DNA of 64,000 nucleotides. Origin: the human T2T-CHM13v2.0 reference genome, Homo sapiens. The notes below the pieces were generated by a model that saw nothing but the letters and a program-made list of their open reading frames with translations, searched no databases and was not told where the DNA came from. The position numbers and the translations under genes were made by a program. The number at the start of each line of letters is the position of its first letter. Positions within the stretch are counted from its first letter, which is position 1. The stretch lies in assembly GCF_009914755.1 (NCBI RefSeq), contig NC_060933.1. The stretch is one strand, 5' to 3'. Of the stretch, positions 16,903 through 28,190 are shown one piece after another.

Positions 16903-17200
16903 AAGTGCAAGGGAAAGGGGGGATATGGAGGGGAAAAAAGAATATAAATCCATTTATTACCACTAAACTATACACTGAAAAATGGCAAATATGGTAAATT
17001 GTACATGTATATTTTACCTAAATAAAAATAAATAAGTAAAGATAAATGTGTGGTTAAATTTAAATTAAGGTTAAAAAGGAGAGCATATAATTTGGGAGAG
17101 GATAAATATACTTAATTGAAATCTAAATTATTTTTCTCTTTTTCCCAAAATAATGCTGGATTTTTTTCTTTATATTCTGATTAAAAAATTTGAGATGAAA
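16903..17200 (+). mobile_element. TSD-flanked retro-insertion containing an L1M 3' end
   Basis: 18-bp direct repeats at 16885 and 17201 (1 mismatch); internal ccactaaactatacactgaaaaatgg...ggtaaatt...tattttacctaaataaaa. Confidence 0.55.
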
Positions 17201-18343
17201 TAAAAATACACACATGCTGTGGTGAGCAGCTGACATTTGTAATGCGAGACAGCACTTGCTGAATCACCTTTCAATAGATTTCCATGCATTTCTGCACAGA
17301 TAGAATCAAAACAAATAGCAGGAATAACAAGAACAATAATTCACAAAGAAATATGAAATCCAAATCTTATAGAATGGAGACAAAGAAGTCTTAAATTACT
17401 TTTATACCTATTGACCAATTCAACACAGACAGTATTTAAAACATTAATATCCAGAAACTTAATTTGATATCTGAATTTCAAATGTATAACTTTCATAATA
17501 ATAAAACTATGAAATTAATATACAACATCTTTACATTTACTAAAAAACAGTTTAGATTTGAAAAATGACCTATGACGCAATCTCAGAAAGGAACAATTTC
17601 CAAGGAATGAATATAATTAAATACCACTTTACCGTATCGGAATTTTATGATTTGGGGTGTAATTTAATATTGTAGATTAATGGATTATAGCAAAGCAACA
17701 TGAATTCATAAAGCTTCCATTGTAAACCATGAAGCCTTAAAATATGGGAGAGAAGATGTTTCCTGAATTACAAAAATGGAAAAAAAAAAAAGTCTTTTCA
17801 AATCAACAAGGATTGATTTGTTAGACACACCCACTATTGTGGTCCAGAACTTGAGAACATGCATTTTAAATGCCACTATTAGGACACAGAACAGCTGCCC
17901 CTTCCTTCAGCTATTGCACAGGGCAGCACTGCTTCTGCCTGTCACCAGAACAGAAGCAGATCCAAGTGGGCAGTGGCAGGGATAGCACACATTTTCTACT
18001 GTAGGCCTGCCATACTCCATAAGAGCATCAAGACTTCATTTACTCCAAAGAGACTTCCAGAAATGCAACTTTTGGGTTTCTAATATTAGCGTCAAAATCA
18101 TGGAGTTACCCAACCTCTAAGAAAACCCCTACATATTTAGTGATAAGTAGGTAGGAAATCTAACTGTCAAAGTCAAGTCAAGCCGACCTCCCCTACACTT
18201 TACATACCAAAAGAGCATGCCTCAGATCATGAATAAAGTCTTTCTGGATACCAGGAGTATAGCAGAACTCTCCTTACTAAAGAAAATATCTTCTATTAAT
18301 TATGATGTATGCAATGCTTTGTTGCTAGTGAAAATGAAAACTA

Positions 18344-18679
<336 letters not shown>

Positions 18680-21098
18680 CTATATCATTCCCTCGGAATA
18701 ACTTTAACTGGAAGTGATTTCAAGAATCCAACTAAAGCAGAGAAGAGAGTAACAAATGTCACATTAAAAAAACAATTATTTTATATTCTCAAAAGAAAAA
18801 AGATTTATGAAAGCCCCCATGTTTTACTATTAATCAAATTTTTCCACATTTTTCTATTTTGTCTTCAAAAGACAGAGTGAACCCCTCATATTTTCTTTGT
18901 CAGGATGGATACCACAATATTTTGGGGACAACACATAATGAATAAGATTCACAGCTACATTATGGAATATCTTATTTATTCATAAGAATAAATAAAGAAC
19001 AGCATTAATCATATTAACTGCTTTAATCTTTACAGGTTAGGCTATTTTTTAACAGCTCACTTTAAGGGAGAGAAAAAATCTTACATTAAAGATTAAAAAC
19101 TTTTATAAGCATGTCTGCTATAAGCATTATGATTTCCTTCCTCCTGTTTGCATAGATAAGTTGGGTGTCTCACTTACAAATGAAGTCAAAACTCTTTGTT
19201 AACAACTATAGAATCAAACCTTGGTTCAAAACCACCATCTTAGCTCTAAGATTTACAAAACCTCACTATCTTTGTTTAAAACACTGATAATTAAAAATTA
19301 TAGCTAGAAGCACTTATTATTAGGGTTTTAGAAGAAAATCAATATCAAACTTGCCATGCAATGTGAGAATAAGCACAGGCTTTTGCCTTAACTGGTTTTT
19401 AACTGAATTACTAATGTTTCAATTAACAAGTACTACAGAGAACTACAGCACCATCATCACCCTTAGCAAACAGGAGGACACAGTTACTTTTCCAGATGTC
19501 TCTGGTTGTCATGGTACCCTCTTAGGCTCTTTTCCCACATTTTTATTCTAGGTAACAAACCTGCAATCATTTACTCTAACTTATAACATAGTTATATGAA
19601 GATTTTATATGTTCCTGATATAGACTGTGCACACACCTGTTGAACAGAATAAAAAATGCAGCATAAGAAGTTCCTTAGATTAACACTTAGACTTCCTATT
19701 AAAAAGAGGACTGAATTTTTAGTTCACATACTTGATAAAAAACAGATGTCATGAATTTTATATTTTCCACATAATTTATTTCAGAAAAACCTATCTTCAG
19801 ATTAATATTCTTTTGTAAAAAATATTTTCGAGTACACATTTCTAAACAATATTTCTACACCTGAAGTAAAATCACTTGCCTTTTTAGGGGTGCTATACCC
19901 ATATTTAGATGAAAAAACCTGCTCACAAAAAACATTAAGTATTTGAGAAAAATACCTGAAATTTCATAACATTTTTGTAAACAAGCAACCAAAATAAACA
20001 CACCAAAAATTTCAAATGTTTATATTACATTCTGTGGAAGTAATGTTTAAACATCTTACTTTTCAGGGATTAATTTTTATCCTTCAATGACGACTTCCCA
20101 AAAACAGAGCAGGGTAACATTAATCACGCTGTGGGATCAATGCTTATGTACCATTCTCTCTTTTAATTAAATCAAAGTCTCTTCAATATACAACATCTGC
20201 TGTCAAGCCCTTTGGATGTAAAACAAATACACACACACAAACACACACACAGGCTGGTATTCTTAATGATGTTTGGGAAGTTAAAAGTGGTGTATCCTCC
20301 TTCCCCAGGAGCAACAGGAGGACTTTGCACTCTCTTCTAGAACAGCGTTCTCTCCCTCTGGGATAAAGGAAAACATAATATTCACATACTCAAAATGCAA
20401 ATGCAGCTAAAGTTTTTTATCAACTGCACTTCTCTACACACATATGATGCCTATATTAATTTCACTGGAGTGCTTTTATTGCACTAATTAGACAGTGAAG
20501 AGGAGCTGACACATGGGAAAACTTGTCTGAACGCTGTATATGTTAAGCAGTAGGATTACAAGCACCTGGGATATTCTTGCTATTCTCTGTATGCAAATGA
20601 CATCCTGCAAACAATTAAACGCTCCCATTAAAATGGTGGGGGTGTGGGATGGAAAGAGCAAGTGCTAAGAGAGTAAAAATATGGCATGCCCTTTCTATTC
20701 CGCCCTCATTCAGCGGAGGCCGAGTACCTTCGACATGCTGCACAGACAGACCCTTGGGAACGTACACAGGAGTCACAATACACTCGACAACGTCTCACAC
20801 GCTCTGTTAACTGCAAAACTCTTATGATCTAACAGCGAGTCCCCTCGCCTCTCGAACATGTTTTCAATTTTTGCAGAGCCGCCAGAGACGTCAGGAGACC
20901 CTCCCCTGCTGAAGGGAGGGAAGACGTTCCTTCTCGCCCTTCCTCACAGCCCCCAGCACTCTATTTCATTAGAAGCGGCGCCACAAGTTCCCTGGCTCTC
21001 ACCCTTAGGGAGGCAAGTTCAGCACCATGGAAAGGGCTCAAGTCGCGTGCGAAGGGAGAAAAGAAAGCAAAGACTGGGGCTCTCCCCCGGCCACTCAC

Positions 21099-21281
21099 CG
21101 GCGTCTGCTGCGACGGGAGTCCCGAGCGTTTGGTGGACCCCTGCTTGGAACTTAACCTTTTCCACGACTCGGCAAACCTGCCCCGGCTGGCGCTCCGGCT
21201 GCGTCTGCGGCTCTCCGCGTTGTCCTCGCGGTCGGAGCAGCCCCGCTCCATTTCCGCCGCATCCCTCCACTTCTTCCCCAT
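21099..21281 (-). CDS. TRPM3: TRPM3 first coding exon (alpha-type exon 1, 61 aa, N-terminus of TRPM3 cation channel); partial CDS
   Basis: ATG at 21281-21279 opens [61 protein letters not shown], which I recall as the TRPM3 N-terminus preceding AQKSWIERAFY. It ends exactly at CCG|GTGAGT (GT at 21098-21097), 183 nt, phase 0, and lies in the only CpG island. Confidence 0.93.
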
Positions 21282-21430
21282 GAGAAGTTCGCCTCCCTCG
21301 GCCGGGAAACAGCCCAGCGCCGAGCGCTCTCGCTGGCTCCTCGCCGCGGGTCTCCCTCCAGCCTGCGCGCGGCTCTCGGTTGGCGCTGCCTTTGCCTCCG
21401 CCGGCTCCTGCCAGAGCCCCGCGCTCCGTT
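21282..21430 (-). other. TRPM3: TRPM3 exon 1 5' UTR (TSS position approximate)
   Basis: GC-rich, no upstream ATG on the minus strand in 21282-21480; CCAAT box at 21466-21470 suggests a TSS around 21400-21430. Confidence 0.55.
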
Positions 21431-21897
21431 ACCGCCGCCGCCACCAGGCTGCGCTTGCGCCCGCGATTGGCTCAACTGTGGGCTGGGGCTGCGAGCGCCA
21501 CCTGCGCCCGAGCCAGCTTTCTTTTGCGTCCCCAAATTGCTCTCCACCCGGCAGCCGCCGCCTTCTCTGGAGAGTGCAGGGCCCACGCCTGAGGCTGTTG
21601 ATGCGCCGCAGGGTAGCGCTCCCAGCGGTCACCTCACCCTGCCCAGGACCCCAGACCAGGGGACCCACTTCCCCCCACCCCGAGCTGCGTGTGGAAGCCT
21701 AGGTTACCCGCACTGGATGGGTGGAGACTGCAGTTGACTTAGAAAAAGACAGGAAGGGGCAACTTTGTTCTTCCTGCTCCCTTTCTTCCCCTCTCTCTGC
21801 AACAACAACTCGCTCCTAAGTATCCTTGGGGAGAGTGGAGCTTCATCCCCTTGTCAGATGCCGCACTTATTTCTTCTCCAGCTTGCTCAGACTAGCC

Positions 21898-22055
21898 CAC
21901 TGGGTCTCAGACTTGGCTGCACACTGGAGTTACCTGGATCTTTTTTCTCTTTCTCTTTTTTAAATGGTGATATTCCCCAGAGTCTAATTTAATTGGCCTG
22001 GCTGTGGCCTGGGAATCAGGATATTTAAAAGCTCCCAAGGTGATTCTAGCTGCTC
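21898..22055. mobile_element. MER5B-like MITE
   Basis: cttggctgcacactggagttacctgg...aattggcctgg...tttaaaagctcccaaggtgattct. Confidence 0.7.
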
Positions 22056-22522
22056 CATCCCCATCAGCAATTAAGGGCCTTCAAGGGCCTGTACTGTGGC
22101 GGTAAGGCAGAGGAGGATTCTTGGGAAGGGAAGGCTGTTACTTCTCCTTACCTCAACTCATTTCTCTTTCCGGGGTAGGAATGGGGTATTCAGTTTCCCC
22201 TCTCACCCTGGGCGGTTAAGCAGCGAGGAGGACATGAGACGGATTCGTGGTGGAGCTCCTGTGTGTTGTGTATTCTGTGACCCCTGCACCTTGTTGTTCT
22301 TTCATGTTTTTGCCTTCTGCTCATTAGGACAGCCGGCTGGCCCTCATGAGTTTTGTGTCAGTTATTTTACCAGACTGAGCTGTCCACATGTCCTTGATCA
22401 AATGAGAGAGGGCAGTTGGGGGCATCACAAATTAACAAAACCTGAAAACAATGGCTTTACTCACCATTAAAGGGAGTGATGCCTAAAATCTCTCCCGGTT
22501 GAAAAGGGCCGTCTGGTTGCTT

Positions 22523-22544
22523 ATCTGTTGCAATGGCAACAGAT
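22523..22544. promoter_or_regulatory. RFX X-box candidate in a 22-bp palindrome
   Basis: ATCTGTTGC-AATG-GCAACAGAT; core GTTGCAATGGCAAC is one mismatch from GTTGCCATGGCAAC. Confidence 0.55.
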
Positions 22545-25500
22545 GTATTTTCATTTCTTTCTGAAATCAAGCATTCTCTGTCCTATTTGAATATTGCCAG
22601 ATCTTCCCAGGAGGCAAAGGTGAAGAAGGATTAAGAGGGAAGGGGAGAGGGTGAGAAATGCTGTGGGAAAATTGGTGTTGTGGCACTAGCTGTAAAAATC
22701 ATAATCTGAGTTGCAGTGGTCAGTGTGATTAAGCAGAGGTTCTGAAACTGGCTAGTTTACGGGAATGGAATACAGAGCTCTAAAATCCCACAGCTGTGCC
22801 CCTGTGTGTAGTGTTACATGAATATTAATCCTGCCATTTTAAGTAAAAGAGACTCACAGGGCATACATCCTATCTTTTTAAACAACCCTCTGTGTCTAGA
22901 AATCACACACCCATATTAAACAAAATAAGACTCTAAACAATGTTTGCAGCACACAACGCCATTTAATGAGAAAACCACAGGCTCCATTTCACATTTTCTC
23001 ACTCCCTATCTAAGTTCATGGATTTGAAATTATTAGTGACATTTCATGGAAATACCGTAATTTAGTCCAGATTCCTCCCCCTCGCAAAAACAAATCAAAA
23101 TGATTATGCTTAGTTTACAAAATTACACAGGTATGAAAACCAAATACCAACTAGGGGGTAGAATAAAAGTCAGCATATTATTCCTTAAAGTAAACATTTA
23201 CTTTTTCCTTTAGTTGCTTACAAAGGGGTATATCGGTATGACTATATAAATTCCCTAAGAGATGAAAAGCCTGTGTTTTAACCTAGATGCCTTGAAAGTT
23301 CACTCTTTAGGTATATCAAGATATACCTAAACAGATATATCAAGGCACATCATCCAAGAACATTCACTGTGCAGGGCCAAGAGACCCTGGTTCACCCACA
23401 TCCACCCATGAAGGGGAAAATGACCCTGCCATAAAGGGTATCTGTCATGAAAGACTGTTCCAGCACATCAGTGCATACTCAGAGCAACTGATGAGATTTT
23501 TAGATGTACTTAGAAAAATGTAATGATGAGTAGTGACTGCATGTGTCATATTTTTTAGCTGTTCAGTCTAAAAATGAGCTTTCAATTGCCCTTCTCTTAA
23601 AGCACTGTTTTTAAAGGCTTGTTTGAAGATGATCTCTGCATTTCTTTTTTGCACTTGACAGGTACCAAAAATGTCTTGGAACTGCATATGAGGCTAAATT
23701 AGATGTGATTGTAGGCAACCAGAAAACTGACCCTTTCCTCTTCTGATATTCATTTGTCTTTCCAAAGTTCCTAATAGCCAGAAACTGGAAGAATAAAGTG
23801 AAAGTCTATCATATTTTTTACAAAATTAATGGAGAATCACAGCACCAAAGCTAAGAACACATTGAAAATCACCAGCATTCAAATTCTGGAATACACGTTA
23901 GAAGCCATTTCTAGAGCAACTTAGCTTTACTAGAGAAGAGTCACTGCAATTACAAAAGGTGGATGTTAATAAATTTCAAAAGGTAAATGGGAAGTAGGGC
24001 ATAAACCTTTTTTTCTTCATAGTCTCTAGGCATTAAATAATGTGCAAATTAATGTGGTAAGATTAAAGCAAAAATTACCATACTGTTAAATAATAGCTAT
24101 TCTTTGTAAAATGAAAAGCAAATATATAAATTTTATTTGTATATCAATCAAAATATAACATTTTGAAATATTCTGAAAAGTAAACTTTAAATAGTATTCT
24201 AAAAACCACAAAAAAAGATCTCAACACACTGTCAAATGTCAACAGTCCTCTGTTAGCCCTAGGTACTCTTTGATCTGAAGTTTACATGGTTCTACTAGTC
24301 TGTGAATGAATTAATAATCAGAAGAAACTCTTGAAACCCCATTTGCTCTAGGTATGCAGTCATGTGCTTCACTGCAAAAGAGTTTATAGGAAATATATAT
24401 TCCTTTGGTTATCTCTAGGACATGAAAACCCAAAGGTATACCCGGGAACTAACTTAACCCAGCAAAGTGTGAAAGGGGAGGGCAAACAGAGAAAATAATC
24501 AAAGCTGCAAATTAATGTTGATCCAAAAATTTCTCCTTGTGAAATAAGAGAATATAAACCATATTTCATCAACTTTAACACCTTCAATTTTTCAGAGAGG
24601 GTAAACCTCTCTGAAATCAGGATGCATTTTATCATAGATGGTATCTCAGATTCAGTGTAATGCAGCATATTGATTCATAGAGTCTCGGAGTGAAATAGAC
24701 ATTAATAGATCTGACTTTAAAAATCCAACAAGCTACCATTAACTCTCTTCCTACACAATCAGCCTTTGGCATTAGATATCCTCTTTCTCATAAGCAGAGC
24801 ATTTCCTTGTAAAACAGCTTTAAGCATTAGAAAGCCCATTCTTATAAACTAAGCTGAACCCCAAGCCTTCTACCTTTATTTTAAATTCTGGTGGGGGGTT
24901 GGAGTCACACTATTTAAACAAGTGTTCCTCATGATAATCATCAAGTAATTGAGACAGTCTTTAAAGTCCCCTAAAATTTCTCTTTTATTAAGCTAAACAA
25001 TGTGTGGCTTTTTCTGTCAAGTCCTTACACACATTGGGGAACAAAGTAAGAGTCAGCACCCTCACATAGTAAGATAAATTGGAAAATGGTGGGTGTTCAA
25101 TGAATCTGGAGCAACTACTTTGTGAATTCACTAAAAGCTTAATCACTATGACTAGACTCACTGTGAAGTGGGATTAGTCAATACCTACAAAGCAGGAGAT
25201 AGGATGCAGAATTTGTGTTTAGTCATAATTAAATTCTCTTCTGCAGACCTGAGGGCTGAGACCCGCAGAAACCAAAAAGCATGAGAGTTGAAACAGTTAT
25301 TCCTGTAACTCAAGCAAAAAAATCTCCCAAAGCCCATGACTATTAATCAAGAAAAGGAATAATGGGGTTATCTTGGTTTAAGTAAATTGGCCATCTATGT
25401 GGATGAAATTATCTGGGTATAGCTATGGGAAAATTATACTCCCTTTTAGGAAAAAAACAATCTCATATATTCCCTGCGGCATCTGTTGACAAGTCTTCAA

Positions 25501-25572
25501 TGGTTACACATCCTGTCAAGTCCTCCCAGCAGAAGTCACTGCAGGCCAGAGAACCTGGCTACACAAGTTCAC

Positions 25573-25712
25573 TCTTTTCTTTTCCTCTTCCTCCATTTTT
25601 TCCCTCCTTCCTTCCCTCTCATTTTTTCTTCCTTTCTTCCTGCCTTCCTTTCTCTCTTTCTCTCCCTTCCTCCCTTTTCCTTCCTTCACCTTTTTTCCTT
25701 CCCCCTTTCTCT
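25573..25712. repeat. CT-rich polypyrimidine low-complexity tract
   Basis: ~140 bp almost entirely C/T. Confidence 0.9.
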
Positions 25713-26124
25713 CAGCATAGAACAAACCAAATTCCCCCAGCAAAATCCTCCAATTCTCCAGCCTTCCTACTAATATTATGATTTGTAGGCGTTTTTAGTA
25801 TAAGCTTTCCTTTATTGTTCATTGATGCATTTGCATAAATTCATATTTATATAAAGTTTATTTCCCTTTCTAAATCTATAGGTAAATAGTTTTCTAAAAT
25901 CTTATTTCAGGGTTAAGAGATAATGATTCAAGTGAATGGTAGAAAGTTATAAAGGTAAATAACAATAGAATCAAAAATAATATAACCATTAAAATTAGGG
26001 AGAAAAGGAGAGAGAGAATAGAAAAGAGAAGAAAGACAGGTATAAATTAGCTAAATGTCCACCTATTACTAAATAATTTCTAAAATAAGTGAATAAATAT
26101 ATGCTGACATAAAATCCCCATAAG

Positions 26125-26850
26125 AATGACTAAATTTCTGCAGACAGAAAATTTAAGCAAACAGAAAAACACTAAATGTTGTCAAAGCTGTGGAGCAACT
26201 AGAACTCCCACACACTGCTGGTGAGAATGTATGCTGGTACAACCACTTTAGAAAACCATTTAGCACTATCTACTAAAGTTAATCATATGGATACTCTATG
26301 ACCCAGCAATTCTACTCCAAGGTATATACCCAACAGAAATGAATGCTTATAATTAATGAAAGACTGTAATATGTGCATAGCAGCACTATTTGTAAAACTC
26401 CCAATCTAGAAACTACACAAATGTTCATCAACAGCAAAATGAATAAATTATGGTATATTGAGACAGTGGAATCTGTACACTGATGAGAATGAATGAATTA
26501 CTATTACACGCAAAACCATGGGTGATGCAACAACAATACTGAGCAAGAGAAGATATACACAAAAGAATACATATTGTGAAATTCCATTAATATAAAGTTT
26601 GAAATTAGACAAAAACAACCTATACTACTAGAAGTCAGGACAGTGATTACCACAGGAGGATGCATTCTAGAGGATGCATTCTATAGCAATCAAAGGACAA
26701 ATGAGGAGGGTCCCTGGAGTGCTAATAATGTGCTCTTTTTTGATCTGGTGGTAGTAACAAGGGTGTACTCATCTTGGAAAATTTATAGAGCAGCACAATT
26801 ATAAATAATGTACTTTTTCATATGTGTCTTACCTCAATAAAATGTTTACT
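26125..26850 (+). mobile_element. Old L1 (L1ME-like) 3' end, with a 14-bp tandem duplication at 26656-26683
   Basis: tgtggagcaactagaactc...tatgacccagcaattctactcc...agaagtcaggacagtg...cctcaataaaa; gaggatgcattcta x2. Confidence 0.8.
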
Positions 26851-27539
26851 AGGAAGGAAGAAACAAACAAACAAAAGGAGGGATGGAGAGAGGGAGGGTG
26901 AGAGAGAACCTATCTAAACGTGTTTTCTGATGCTAGTATCATTTCACATAATATTACTTTTTACATTCTTATATAACCATTTATATATTATACAACCATG
27001 CATGTCTCATATAACTGTGACATTTTCAATTGTCAAGATAATTTCATGCATTACTTAAGGTAGATATTATTATCTGTATTTTCAGGAAGGGAAACAGACT
27101 GAGCATAGTTACCTGACTGATCCAAGTTCTCCCAACTAACAATTGGAAGTTCGAGCCTTGAACCTCAGATTTTTAGCCCTCAATTCCAAGTTCTCTTTTG
27201 ATTATATTATAGTCATCTCTATATATTTCTATACATTTTAAATTTATATAATTTACATGAAATTACATAATATATAAATATACAATATATACTTATATAT
27301 GAATAATATATATGAAGTCTAATGTCTGTGTTAAAAAAAAAGTTGCTTAAACCAAAATGTAGATATTTTAAGCAGCATGTACTGGCATTGTTTCTTCCTA
27401 GAATTTAGAAATATTTGGGAAAAATTTGAAAATATTGAGAAACCTCCTCTGAGATTAGGAAAAAGAGCCCATTTGGAAAACTGCCATAGAAAACTCCATT
27501 ACTAAAATCCAGATGAGCTAAGACAATGGCTTTTACAGA

Positions 27540-28190
27540 CAGAAGAAAGCCTTTTAACTAACCTCCATTTAACATACTTGAAGAATGGATCTCTTTTTCC
27601 TAATACTCTGAAAGCTAATAACGAATCTGCTGTTCTTTACCACACAACTTTCTGGTCTTCCCATTTGAGTTATATATTTCTCAGGGGTCTACTGTGTTTC
27701 TTTCCAAGCCCATTTTTGTACGTTGTATTGGTGATCATTATGCAATTTCATTAAATGTTATGAACAATGATGCAAAATGAGAACAAAAGAAGGTGGCATT
27801 TCTGTGAAAACCAAATAAAATGTTTTGGAAAGAAAAAAGACAAAAAAAAAATCACCCCTCGATTTGTTTTTATATATACTGGTATAACATGATGTGGACA
27901 AGAAAACTGTTTAAACAAACAAAAAATAATAATAATAGACTAGAAAAAATACAGAAGCCAGCTTCCCTCGGATTCCTCTGCAGTTGTCATTAAGATATCT
28001 CTCTATTTAAAACGAAAAGGAAACTGTGGATCCTACATGATGGATATGGTTTATGCAAAAAGATAAACCAGAAGTTCAATTGCTAGTAACATACTCAAAG
28101 AAAATACTTTATCCTTAGATCAAGAAATGAATACATATAACCTGTTTTAAGTTAAAACAAGATGTTTAAGCTTAACCAACTTTTGAACCA
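27540..28190 (+). mobile_element. Tigger15a-like TcMar DNA transposon relic
   Basis: aagccttttaactaacctccatttaac start; tggtttatgcaaaaaga...catactcaaagaaaa...gttttaagttaaaa (decayed CENP-B-type HTH segment). Confidence 0.6.

Larger units (their letters stand above)
20690..21720. promoter_or_regulatory. CpG island / TATA-less promoter of TRPM3 exon 1
   Basis: Abrupt rise in GC and CpG density against a CpG-depleted background; NF-Y box (AGCCAATC on minus), NRF1-like CTGCGCTTGCGC. Confidence 0.9.

Noticed and set aside
19505-19518. Second X-box-like GTTGTCATGGTACC
   Set aside because: Both half-sites deviate from consensus; within chance expectation.
20961-21098. C-terminal 45 codons of the 106-aa ORF as TRPM3 coding sequence
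   Set aside because: Read-through past the GTGAGT donor into intron 1; the recalled TRPM3 sequence diverges exactly at the donor.
21264-21281. N-myristoylation at MGKKWR
   Set aside because: Gly2 is present, but Lys3 and Arg6 (instead of Ser/Thr) fit the NMT consensus poorly.
21437-21448. Perfect Kozak string GCCGCCACC on the + strand
   Set aside because: Followed by AGG, not ATG; part of a short (GCC)n run.
21130-21702. 190-aa + strand ORF and other overlapping ORFs across the CpG island
   Set aside because: Mostly non-ATG starts, Pro/Arg/Ala/Ser-rich; expected from stop-codon scarcity in GC-rich DNA; no recognisable domain.
23147-23162. CTCF-like CAACTAGGGGGTAG
   Set aside because: Mismatches at two high-information positions.
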